From: Nemertoderma westbladi
Lineage: Eukaryota; Animalia; Xenacoelomorpha
DNA length: 64,000 nucleotides
Reading direction: 5' to 3'
NCBI GenBank assembly: GCA_032718475.1
Contig: JAUCBJ010008614.1
Span: 1 to 64,000 of the forward strand
Part shown: positions 13,401 to 25,950 of the stretch, in pieces
Numbering within the stretch: position 1 is the first letter of the stretch
Layout of the letters: each line of letters starts with the position of its first letter
The notes under the pieces: model-generated
Seen by the model: only the letters and a program-made list of their open reading frames with translations
Databases searched by the model: none
Told to the model about the DNA's origin: nothing
Program-made: the position numbers and the translations under genes

Positions 13401-16387
13401 CCGTCAAGAAGACTGGGTGGGTGTGACTAACTAACCCGTCGTCCTATAGACTGTGTGGGTGAGACTAACTAACCCGTCGTCCTGTAGACTGGGTGGGTGG
13501 GACTAACTAACCCGTCGTCCTGTAGACTGGGTGGGTGTGACTAACTAACCCCTCGTCCTATAGACTGGGTGGGTGTGACTAACTAACCCGTCGTCCTGTA
13601 GACTGGGTGGGTGTGACTAACTAACCCGTCGTCCTGTAGACTGGGTGGGTGGGATTAACTAACCCGTCGTCCTATAGACTGGGTGGGTGTGACTAACTAA
13701 CCCGTCGTCCTGTAGACTGGGTGGGTGGGACTAACTAACCCGCCGTCAAGAAGACTGGGTGGGTGTGACTAACTAACCCGTCGTCCTGTAGACTGGGTGG
13801 GTGTGACTAACTAACCCGTCGTCCTGTAGACTGGGTGGGTGTGACTAACTAACCCGTCGTCCTGTAGACTGGGTGGGAGTGACTAACTAACCCGTCGTCC
13901 TGTAGACTGGGTGGGTGGGACTAACAAACCCGTCGTCCTATAGACTGGGTGGGTGAGACTAACTAAGCCGTCGTCCTGTAGACTGGGTGGGTGAGACTAA
14001 CTAACCCGTCGTCCTGTAGACTGGGTGGGTGGGACTAACTAACCCGTCGTCCTGTAGACTGGGTGGGTGTGACTAACTAACCCGTCGTCCTGTAGACTGG
14101 GTGGGTGTGACTAACTAACCCGCCGTCAAGAAGACTGGGTGGGTGTGACTAACTAACCCGTCGTCCTGTAGACTGGGTGGGTGAGACTAACTAACCCGTC
14201 GTCCTGTAGACTGGGTGGGTGTGACTAACTAACCCGTCGTCCTGTAGACTGGGTGGGTGGGACTAACTAACCCGTCGTCCTATAGACTGGGTGGGACTAA
14301 CTAAGCCGTCGTCCTGTAGACTGGGTGGGCGAGACTAACTAACCCGTCGTCCGGTAGACTTGGTGGGACTAACTAACCCGTCGTCCTTTAGACTGGGTGG
14401 GTGTGACTAACTAACCCGTCGTCCTGTAGACTGGGTGGGTGTGACTAACTAACCCGTCGTCATGTAGACTGGGTGGGTGGGACTAACTAACCCCTCGTCC
14501 TATAGACTGGGTGGGTGTGACTAACTAACCCGTCGTCCTGTAGACTGGGTGGGTGTGACTAACTAACCCGTCGTCCTGTAGACTGGGTGGGTGGGACTAA
14601 CTAACCCGTCGTCCTATAGACTGGGTGGGACTAACTAAGCCGTCGTCCTGTAGACTGGGTGGGCGAGACTAACTAACCCGTCGTCCGGTAGACTTGGTGG
14701 GACTAACTAACCCGTCGTCCTTTAGACTGGGTGGGTGTGACTAACTAACCCGTCGTCCTGTAGACTGGGTGGGTGTGACTAACTAACCCGTCGTCCTGTA
14801 GACTGGGTGGGACTAACTAACCCGTCGTCCTGTAGACTTGGTGGGACTAACTAACCCGTCGTCCTGTAGACTGGGTGGGCGAGACTAACTAACCCGTCGT
14901 CCTGTAGACTGGGTGGGTGGGATTAACTAACCCGTCGTCCTGTAGACTGGGTGGGTGTGACTAACTAACCCGTCGTCCTGTAGACTGGGTGGGACTAACT
15001 AACCCGTCGTCCTGTAGACTGGGTGGGACTAACTAACCCGTCGTCCTATAGACTGGGTGGGCGAGACTAACTAACCCGTCGTCCTGTAGACTGGGTGGGT
15101 GGGATTAACTAACCCGTCGTCCTGTAGACTGGGTGGGACTAACTAACCCGTCGTCCTGTAGACTGGGTGGGCGAGACTAACTAACCCGTCGTCTTGTAGA
15201 CTGGGTGGGACTAACTAACCCGTCGTCCTGTGGACTGGGTGGGTGCGACTAACTAACCCGTCGTCTTGTAGACTGGGTGGGACTAACTAACCCGTCGTCC
15301 TGTAGACTGGGTGGGTGGGATTAACTAACCCGTCGTCCTGTAGACTGGGTGGGACTAACTAACCCGTCGTCCTGTAGACTGGGTGGGCGAGACTAACTAA
15401 CCCGTCGTCTTGTAGACTGGGTGGGACTAACTAACCCGTCGTCCTGTGGACTGGGTGGGTGCGACTAACTAACCCGTCGTCTTGTAGACTGGGTGGGACT
15501 AACTAACCCGTCGTCCTGTGGACTGGGTGGGTGCGACTAACTAACCCGTCGTCTTGTAGACTGGGTGGGACTAACTAACCCGTCGTCATGTGGACTGGGT
15601 GGGACTAACTAACCCGTCGTCATGTGGACTGGGTGGGACTAACTAACCCGTCGTCCTGTAGACTGGGTGGGTGTGACTAACTAACCCGTCGTCCTGTAGA
15701 CTGGGTGGGTGGGACTAACTAACCCGTCGTCTTGTAGACTGGGTGGGACTAACTAACCCGTCGTCATGTGGACTGGGTGGGACTAACTAACCCGTCGTCC
15801 TGTAGACTGGGTGGGTGTGACTAACTAACCCGTCGTCCTGTAGACTGGGTGGGTGGGACTAACTAACCCGTCGTCTTGTAGACTGGGTGGGACTAACTAA
15901 CCCGTCGTCTTGTAGACTGGGTGGGACTAACTAACCCGTCGTCCTGTGGACTGGGTGGGTGCGACTAACTAACCCGTCGTCTTGTAGACTGGGTGGGACT
16001 AACTAACCCGTCGTCATGTGGACTGGGTGGGACTAACTAACCCGTCGTCATGTGGACTGGGTGGGACTAACTAACCCGTCGTCCTGTAGACTGGGTGGGT
16101 GTGACTAACTAACCCGTCGTCCTGTAGACTGGGTGGGTGGGACTAACTAACCCGTCGTCTTGTAGACTGGGTGGGACTAACTAACCCGTCGTCATGTGGA
16201 CTGGGTGGGACTAACTAACCCGTCGTCCTGTAGACTGGGTGGGTGTGACTAACTAACCCGTCGTCCTGTAGACTGGGTGGGTGGGACTAACTAACCCGTC
16301 GTCTTGTAGACTGGGTGGGACTAACTAACCCGTCGTCCTTTAGACTGGGTGGGTGGGACTAACTAACCCGTCATCTTGTAGACTGGG
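10446..16387. repeat. 34-38 bp minisatellite, about 160 copies, built from the METTL3 exon 2/intron 2 junction
   Basis: Plus-strand unit gactaactaacccgtcgtcctgtagactgggtgggtgg; the terminal unit runs directly into exon 2. Confidence 0.98.
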
Positions 16388-16492
16388 GACATCTAACTTC
16401 CTCATTTCATCGTCACTCATGGTTCCGTACGGCAGCTCCATATGGATATCCCATGGAGGATCCGCCATAATTACAGCGAATTTACCTAAAAC
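16368..16492 (-). CDS. METTL3: METTL3 coding exon 2, catalytic DPPW motif (125 nt; missed by ORF track)
   Basis: cttattag|GTTTTAGGTAAA translates VLGKFAVIMADPPWDIHMELPYGTMSDDEMRKLDVPSLQDD-G; ends GACGG|gttagt, phase 2. Confidence 0.96.
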
Positions 16493-17515
16493 CTAATAAG
16501 TAAAATAAAAATATATATAATATACAAAAATATGAGTTTTGTGTGCTTTATTTGTTTTATGATACTGTTTGAGTTTACAGAGAAATTTCACCGACACTGA
16601 AGAATATTCGGAAACCTGGTCAATTCTTTATCTCTAGCCCTTATTTTGTTTAGTAAAAGCCGTCATGGCTTGGCAGCCAGATAGGTCTACTGCATTACCT
16701 ACCGGTAGGCGGGGTATAGCTATTAATAACCAGTAGGGCCTAGCTATATTATTATAACATGGCTCCAAATGCCACCATAAATATAAGCTAACTTATTTAT
16801 AACATAATTTATGTCATTATTACAATTATTTATACAGCAACTAATATAATTTGTGCAGTTTCTATCACTTATAATGTATATGTACATGTACAATCATTTC
16901 GTAATGTTAAAATTTTGGAATGAAACTACATACATTTGTTGCAAAGTAATACAGTGTTATAAAATTATAAGCTAAATTATAAGCATGACCCGGATAATAT
17001 ATTAAAAAAATAAAAAAATATAAAATCTTAAGTACAACCCCTTTGTCAGAAAGTAGCGTAAATACCAGTAGTATTATATCCCCCCCCCCCCCTACCCTAC
17101 CCACCCACCCAATCCTCTTATCCACAGCCCTTCTTTTCCCCCTCCCCCAACTGGCTGGTATCGCCACTAGCAATGCTATAGATACCTGCCAGTTGCCCAT
17201 CTGCATTACTATTTATTTAAAATTAATTATAAAAATTATTATTTATGTGTATTGGGTGAATCTGTTAATAAAGGTCCTGGCCTATCCCGAGTGTTCTACA
17301 GTGGTTTTATTTTTACTCACTCACTACGTTCGTCCGTGTAACGAAGCACACTTGCACGTGCCACTTTACACACAAGTATGTAAATAGTTATTACTCAATT
17401 GCCGTCAAAAGGCGCTAATATCTGAAAATATTTCACAATTATGAAACTAAATATTTACAGTAAACAATTAAATAATATAAGAAGAAAGAATGGGAGAATC
17501 TTTTAGGCTCGTTAA

Positions 17516-20500
17516 ACCAAGGAATGCCTGTTTACCACCTTGGGTGATCTTCCACAGTAAACCCTTCCACTCTGTTTCCTAAAGGAATGCCTGTTTACCA
17601 CCTTGGGTGATCTTCCACAGTAAACCCTTCCACTCGGTTTCCTAAAGGAATGCCTGTTTACCACCTTGGGTGATCTTCCACAGTAAACCCTTCCACTCTG
17701 TTTCCTAAAGGAATGCCTGTTCACCACCTTGGGTGATCTTCCACAGTAAACCATTCCAATCTGTTTCCTAAAGGAATGCCTGTTTACCACCTTGGGTGAT
17801 CTTCCACAGTAAACCCTTCCACTCTTTTTCCTAAAGGAATGCCTGTTCACCACCATGGGTGATCGTAAACAGTAAACCCTTCCACTCTGTTTCCTGAAGG
17901 AATGCCTGTTCACCACCATGGGTGATGTTCCACAGTAAACCCTTCCACTCTGTTTCCTAAAGGAATGCCTGTTCACCACCTTGGGTGATCTTCCACAGTA
18001 AACCCTTCCACTCTTTTTCCTAAAGGAATGCCTGTTCACCACCATGGGTGATCGTAAACAGTAAACCCTTCCACTCTGTTTCCTGAATGAATGCCTGTTC
18101 ACCACCATGGGTGATGTTCCACAGTAAACCCTCCCACTCTGTTTCCTAAAGGAATGCCTGTTCACAACCATGGGTGATCGTAAACAGTAAACCCTTCCAC
18201 TCTGTATCCTAAAGGAATGCCTGTTCACCACCATGGGTGATGTTCCACATCCACAGTAAACCCTTCCACTCTGTTTCCTAAAGGAATGCCTGTTCACCAC
18301 CATGGGTGATCTTCCACAGTAAACCCTTCCACTCTGTTTCCTAAAGGAATGCCTGTTCACCACCATGGGTGATCTTCCACAGTAAACCCTTCCACTCTTT
18401 TTCCTAAAGGAATGCCTGTTTACCACCATGGGTGATCTTCCACAGTAAACTCTCCCACTCTGGTTCCTAAAGGAATGCCTGTTCACCACCATGGGTGATC
18501 TTCCACAGTAAACACTTCCACTCTGTTTCCTAAAGGAATGCCTGTTCACCACCATGGGTGATCTTCCACAGTAAACCATTCCACTGTGTTTCCTAAAGGA
18601 ATGCCTGTTCACCACCATGGGTGATCTTCCACAGTAAACCATTCCAATCTCTTTCCTAAAGGAATGCCTGTTCACCACTATGGGTGATCTTCCACAGTAA
18701 ACCCTTTCATTCTGTTTCCTAAAGGAATGCCTGTTCACCACCATGGGTGATCCTCCACAGTAAACCCTTCCACTCTGTTTCCTAAAGGAATGCCTGTTCA
18801 CCACCATGGGTGATCTTCCACAGTAAACCATTCCAATCTCTTTCCTAAAGGAATGCCTGTTCACCACCATGGGTGATGTTCCACAGTAAACCCTTCCACT
18901 CTGTTTCCTAAAGGAATGCCTGTTCACCACCTTGGGTGATCTTCCACAGTAAACCCTTCCACTCTTTGTCCTAAAGAAATGCCTGTTCACCACCATGGGT
19001 GATCGTAAACAGTAAACCCTTCCACTCTGTTTCCTGAAGGAATGCCTGTTCACCACCATGGGTGATGTTCCACAGTAAACCCTTCCACTCTGTTTCCTAA
19101 AGGAATGCCTGTTCACCACCATGGGTGATGTTCCACAGTAAACCCTTCCACTCTGTTTCCTAAAGGAATGCCTGTTCACCACCATGGGTGATCTTCCACA
19201 GTAAACCCTTCCACTCTGTTTCCTAAAGGAATGCCTGTTCACCACCATGGGTGATCTTCCACAGTAAACCCTTCCACTCTTTTTCCTAAAGGAATGCCTG
19301 TTTACCACCATGGGTGATCTTCCACAGTAAACCCTCCCACTCTGGTTCCTAAAGGAATGCCTGTTCACCACCATGGGTGATCTTCCACAGTAAACCCTTC
19401 CACTCTGTTTCCTAAAGGAATGCCTGTTCACCACCTTGGGTGATCTTCCACAGTAAACCCTTCCACTCTTTGTCGTAAAGGAATGCATGTTCACCACCAT
19501 GGGTGATCGTAAACAGTAAACCCTTCCACTCTGTTTCCTGAAGGAATGCCTGTTCACCACCATGGGTGATGTTCCACAGTAAACACTTCCACTCTGTTTC
19601 CTAAAGGAATGCCTGTTCACCACCATGGGTGATCGTAAACAGTAAACCCTTCCACTCTGTATCCTAAAGGAATGCCTGTTCACCACCACCATGGGTGATC
19701 TTCCACAGTAAACCCTTCCACTCTGTTTCCTAAAGGAATGCCTGTTCACCACCATGGGTGATCTTCCACAGTAAACCATTCCACTCTTTTTCCTAAAGGA
19801 ATGCCTGTTTACCACCATGGGTGATCTTCCACAGTAAACCCTCCCACTCTGGTTCCTAAAGGAATGCCTGTTCACCACCATGGATGATCTTCCACAGTAA
19901 ACCCTTCCACTCTGTTTCCTAAAGGAATGCCTGTTCACCACCTTGGGTGATCTTCCACAGTAAACCCTTCCACTCTTTGTCCTAAAGGAATGCCTGTTCA
20001 CCACCATGGGTGATCGTAAACAGTAAACCCTTCCACTCTGTTTCCTGAAGGAATGCCTGTTTACCACCTTGGGTGATCTTCCACAGTAAACCCTTCCACT
20101 CTGTTTCCTAAAGGAATGCCTGTTTACCACCTTGGGTGATCTTCCACAGTAAACCCTTCCACTCGGTTTCCTAAAGGAATGCCTGTTTACCACCTTGGGT
20201 GATCTTCCACAGTAAACCCTTCCACTCTGTTTCCTAAAGGAATGCCTGTTCACCACCTTGGGTGATCTTCCACAGTAAACCATTCCAATCTGTTTCCTAA
20301 AGGAATGCCTGTTTACCACCTTGGGTGATCTTCCACAGTAAACCCTTCCACTCTTTGTCCTAAAGGAATGCCTGTTCACCACCATGGGTGATCATAAACA
20401 GTAAACCCTTCCACTCTGTTTCCTGAAGGAATGCCTGTTCACCACCATGGGTGATGTTCCACAGTAAACCCTTCCACTCTGTTTCCTAAAGGAATGCCTG

Positions 20501-21936
20501 TTCACCACCATGGGTGATCGTAAACAGTAAACCCTTCCACTCTGTATCCTAAAGGAATGCCTGTTCACCACCACCATGGGTGATCTTCCACAGCAAACCA
20601 TTCCAATCTCTTTCCTGAAGGAATGCCTGTTCACCACTATGGGTGATCTTCCACAGTAAACCCTTTCATTCTGTTTCCTAAAGGAATGCCTGTTCACCAC
20701 CATGGGTGATCCTCCACAGTAAACCCTTCCACTCTGTTCCCTAAAGGAATGCCTGTTCACCACCATGGGTGATCTTCCACAGTAAACCATTCCAATCTCT
20801 TTCCTAAAGGAATGCTGTTCATCACCATGGGTGATGTTCCACAGTAAAGCCTTCCACTCTGTTTCCTAAAGGAATGCCTGTTCACCACCATGGGTGATCG
20901 TAAACAGTAAACCCTTCCACTCTGTATCCTAAATGAATGCCTGTTCACCACCATGGGTGATGTTCCACAGTAAACCCTTCCACTCTGTTTCCTAAAGGAA
21001 TGCCTGTTCACCACCATGGGTGATCTTCCACAGTAAACCCTTCCACTCTGTTTCCTAAAGGAATGCCTGTTCACCACCATGGGTGATCTTCCACAGTAAA
21101 CCCTTCCACTCTTTTTCCTAAAGGAATGCCTGTTTACCACCATGGGTGATCTTCCACAGTAAACCCTCCCACTCTTTTTCCTAAAGGAATGCCTGTTCAC
21201 CACCATGGGTGATCTTCCACAGTAATAACTTCCACTCTGTTTCCTAAAGGAATGCCTGTTCACCACCATGGGTGATCTTCCACAGCAAACCATTCCACTC
21301 TGTTTCATAAAGGAATGCCTGTTCACCACCATGGGTGATCTTCCACAGTAAACCATTCAACTCTGTTTCCTAAAGGAATGCCTGTTCACCACCATGGGTG
21401 ATCTTCCACAGTAAACCATTCCACTATATTACCTAAAGGAATGCCTGTTCACCACTATGGGTGATCTTCCACAGTAAACCCTTCCACTCTGTTTCCTAAA
21501 GGAATGCCTGTTCACCACCATGGGTGATCTTCCACAGTAAACCATTCAACTCTGTTTCCTAAAGGAATGCCTGTTCACCACCATGGGTGATCTTCCACAG
21601 TAAACCATTCCACTATATTACCTAAAGGAATGCCTGTTCACCACCATGGGTGATCTTCCACAGTAAACCCTTCCACTCTGTTTCATAAAGGAATGCCTGT
21701 TCACCACCATGGGTGATCTTCCATAGTAAACTCTCCCACTCTGGTTCCTAAAGGAATGCCTGTTCACCACCATGGGTGATCTTCCACAGTAAACCATTCC
21801 ACTCTCTTTCCTAAAGGAATGCCTGTTTACCGACATGGGTGATCTTCCACAGTAAACCATTCCACTCTGTTCCTATAGAAATGCCTGTTCACCACCATGG
21901 GCCATCTTCCACAGTAAACCCTTACACTCTGTTTCC
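17516..21936. repeat. 63 bp minisatellite, about 70 copies, in METTL3 intron 1
   Basis: Unit cctaaaggaatgcctgttcaccaccatgggtgatcttccacagtaaacccttccactctgttt; one minus-strand frame is open as a 21-aa repeat. Confidence 0.98.
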
Positions 21937-22007
21937 CAAGTTGTCTTGGTTCCCATTTATCGACCACTGAAGGATGAAAGCCAGGGTTGGGCTAGGCAGC
22001 AGCACTT

Positions 22008-24500
22008 AATTCCGACCCGGACAATACCGACCCGAACAATTGCGACCCGGATAAATCCGACCCGGATAAATCCGACCCGGACAATGCCGACCCGGATAAT
22101 TCCGACCCACTCAGAGATCGAATGAAATTTTTATGGGTCGGTATTGTCCGCGTCGGAATTATCCGGATCCAGCATAGGACAATTCCGACCCAAATAATTT
22201 AAAAATAATAAATTATAATAATAAATAAATTAATTTAATTAATATAAATTAATATAATAAATTTAATAATAAATATTTTATATAACATTATATTGTTTTA
22301 TTATTCAACATAAGATTGCTGTGTACGGATATTCTTCTTCTAGACACGTTTGTTATGTAAATTTATAGTTGAATAGTATTTTTCGAATTTAATATATTCA
22401 GTACTAGCAAGGCCATCGTAATACAAGGCCTGCTCACCCCCATAGATCAGCTGATCAAAGAAGTCATACAATACAATAATTAGTGTATTTTCCATGCACA
22501 ACAATGATAATTACCACCTTGGTAATTACACAAGAGTCGTATCACTAAATAAATTATTTGCTCGGACCACGATACGACCTACACCACGCATCAGCCCCAT
22601 TAGATCCCTTCCTCTACACCCCACCACCATCTCGCAACATGATCGCCTCGCAGTGGTATTGGGTCGAAGGTCCGAATGAGACGAAGGTTCGAAAGTGACC
22701 ATCACGTGCGCTTTTTTCGGACCTCCGTCCCATTCAGAACTTCGTCCAGGAACCTCTTAGTCGAGTCAATCTAGCAAAAAACCCATTTTATAAGTATTTC
22801 GCAATCAATCCGAACCACATATTTTGGATTCTATATACCTTATTAATGACCAAAAAAAGTTTATAAAATTTTATTTTGCGGATCATATGTTTATTCATGG
22901 AAATTCTGCGTAAATTTGCATAAGACAAGCCAAACAAAAGGAACAGTAGGGAAAAGTAAGTTGCAAATTAGTGATGTTCCAAAATAATTTAATTAATTTC
23001 ACAATAAACTGTGATTCAATGGGATATTAGTATTATTTACACTGGCGTGTTACACATTAATTGTTATATCTCGGAAACTAGAAGTCGCATCAAATTTTTA
23101 AATATATCAAAAATTTCACGTTATATTAAGGAAACCGTTGTAAAAAAAATTATACAATTCCACTGCAAGGAAATTTGATAATTTCCATTAATGTTAGTGA
23201 CGATTTTTCACATAATTAAATTGTGATTGCTCTATTGATTTTAGGTGTAATTTATTTATTTGTTTTAGTTTTAAAACCACAATAGTTTATCATATAACGA
23301 ATAATTTTTTTGGGGATAAGGGTTTTTGAGGTCGATAAATCCGATGTGCGAGGTTACACATCCACCCGTTTAGTAGAGAAGTTGTGTAAATAAGGTCCTT
23401 ATATTGTACCAGCAAAATTGGTATTAAAAATTGATAAATTATTAGACAAATTTGGGTTGCTCTGGAAACTAAATTGGTAATTATATATAGATACATAAGT
23501 GCATACTTCTGTCAATCGATAGTCATTAGAGTAAAGTTTTTCTGTACCAAATTTGGAGAAAATCCCACCAATAGACCACTTGTTGCTTTGTAAAATCCAT
23601 GTTGCTAAGGAAAGAAACAGGAAATTGAAGGTGATCCGCATAATATATATTAACAAGGCAATGTAGAGTAAAAAAAAGTTGGTTTGGATGAATTGCGAAT
23701 TTGTTATGGGTTGACCCCCTTTTTCGTCCTAATTGACTCGCCTATCTCGCAGCCAGTTACAACGACTTTCTGTGTTGTAAAGAGAATTGTAGGCCCCGTG
23801 AAACTGAAACAACTACCAAAACGCTGAATGTACAATGCTCGACTAGAGTTTCATATCAGAAATTTGCATAGTATAATCAGTTTTCCGATCTACATCTATC
23901 CTAATTTTGCTTAATCCTTTGTTTTTTTAAATAAAACACGGCAGATTATGGTTGAAATATTTAGGAGTAATTAAAGGAATATTATGTGAAATGCGATCTT
24001 AGCAAACAAAAGTGACACAAAGCACCGTAATGCCCTGCCTTTCTTCTTCAATTTGATATACTACTGTATATGATTAAATGTGTTTTCGTCAGCCCGAGTA
24101 ACACAACTTTGAAATATTGGTGTTTTACACTTCAGCAATAATAAAATCCCAAAAAGTATGACTTCTTATATCAGCTGATCGAGATATTCTAGAATGTAGT
24201 GAGCAGGTCTGGTATTATGATGGCCTTGAAACTAGTGTCTTTTTGGCACACCCCCTCACCAAATTTGTAATACTAGCTACTTTTTGCTGAAAATGTTCTA
24301 AAACATATTTAATTATTTATTAGCTATCAATTAAGAAAAATATTAGTGTTTTGGAACACAGATTGTTGTTATTGATGGTAATTTCTATTAAATATTTTTA
24401 TTTATTTGGATCCGGATAACTCCGATCCGGACAATCCCGACCCATGAAATGTCATTCGATATTTGAATGTGTTGGAATTGTCCGGGTCGGAATTGTCCTA
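22008..24500. mobile_element. Nested non-autonomous inverted-repeat DNA elements
   Basis: Outer arms of 15-bp ccgacccggacaatt motifs (22008-22190 / 24405-24500); inner inverted pairs at about 22400-22460 / 24170-24236 and 22760-22822 / 23677-23740. Confidence 0.7.
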
Positions 24501-24744
24501 GGTTACTTGCAAACTTGTAAAGTTTGGTGAAAAATCATGCGGTCTGACGTCAGCTACGACAGATTAAATTATTTTATAATTTTGTACAACATATAAAAGT
24601 CATTATATTGTATTAACTATTATTTATTAATACATAAAAGCAATTCAGACGGTATATCACTTCAAATAAGTTATGTTGTGTTACATGGGATAAGTCGTTC
24701 TCTACAGTTACTATGCTGTCTCGTCAGCACTCATCGGGGTCTCC

Positions 24745-25630
24745 TTAGATACCCAATGGAATCGCAGCGCCTTCCTCAACTCCGACAAACCTCATCTTGG
24801 TGCGTGATGCCCTGAAGCAGGCACACGTCGCCCTTAGGATATCAAACGAAAGCCGCGCCCTGACCCACCCCATGATACAGCTATATGGATTCGCCCATTT
24901 AGTAGCCAGTCTCTCTGATAGCCTCCTCACCGTCATTGAGTACTCAAGAGCGAGTGCACTGTCCACTGTAGCAACCAGCGGGGTGAAATCTGCTTGCCGG
25001 AGAGCACATGCATCATGGTCTTGTTTTCCTTCTGAGTTTCCGCGTCTAGTAGGATAGAGGCCACAGGACGTGCCACATACTATGAGGGAGCATTAGGGTC
25101 AACGACCCGAACATCGAACAATGCTCGCCTCTGTGGCTGCCAGTAACCCCTCACTGAGAGTTGAGCGCGCAAACCCTCCACAACACTTTCCTCGTTGGCC
25201 TCTCTTATTACAGGTTACCGTGATATGCAAGATTTAGGGAAAGCTAAACTAAAGTGTGCACCCTGGGTATCCCTGACCTCGTTGTGACGCAGAGCCACTA
25301 AACCCCCCTTCTTACAGTCAAGCGCGTGGGTTGTACTAAAAACTTCGCCACAACCATCGCATTTCGATGGGTCATTAACCAGAGGTCGTCAATACCTAAG
25401 GGATAGGCCATCCCGGAACTCATTAGCAGACAAATCGAATTGGTGGCGCGCCACTGGAGCTACCGTTAGCCAACCAGAAGCCCGCTCGGAAGAAGCACGC
25501 TCAATCGTTCTCACTCTGTCTAGCGTGAAGCCTGCAGTTACAATTCCAAGCACTGCCTCAGCCTTATCTTTCTTCTGGTGCCGAAGGTTGTACTGGGCTT
25601 CCTTCAGGCAGCTTAAATGATCTGCTACGA
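24745..25630 (-). mobile_element. CRE-like (restriction-like endonuclease) non-LTR retrotransposon 3' fragment
   Basis: ASGWLT...EFRDGLSLRY, CDGC...HALDCKKGG...RHNEVRD zinc knuckle, FDVRV, DFTPLV, GWVRARLSF; contains stops. Confidence 0.8.
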
Positions 25631-25868
25631 CAGATCATGGTTTTAATGAAATGTAAAATTTCTCGGGAACTTCTCATTTTCCAGGGCTGACATTTTGGTT
25701 GCTTGTAGATAATCATAAAGTATATCTTTTACGAAATTGAAAAGATAAGGCAATTAATTGTGGATCCGCTAGAGACCCCGAAGTAATGATATATCGGTAC
25801 AGTTCTGCAATGGTACTGTGCACTGGTAGGTACGAAATTGCAGTATTTAATTGCACCTTTTACCTCGA

Positions 25869-25950
25869 GCAGAATTGGCCTAGTGGTTAAGGAGTTGGAC
25901 TAGAAATCGAACGGGATCTTCCCGAGTAGGTTCGAATCCTACCTGGGGCG
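25869..25950 (+). pseudogene. tRNA-Ser(AGA)-like pseudogene or SINE head
   Basis: tggcctagtggttaagg (A box), ggactAGAaatc anticodon arm, long variable arm, ggttcgaatcc (B box); acceptor stem does not pair. Confidence 0.7.

Noticed and set aside
10446-16387. CRISPR array
   Set aside because: Units are contiguous with no unique spacers, there are no cas genes, and the context is a eukaryotic intron.
25869-25950. Functional tRNA-Ser gene
   Set aside because: Acceptor stem is unpaired and the anticodon stem has a mismatch.
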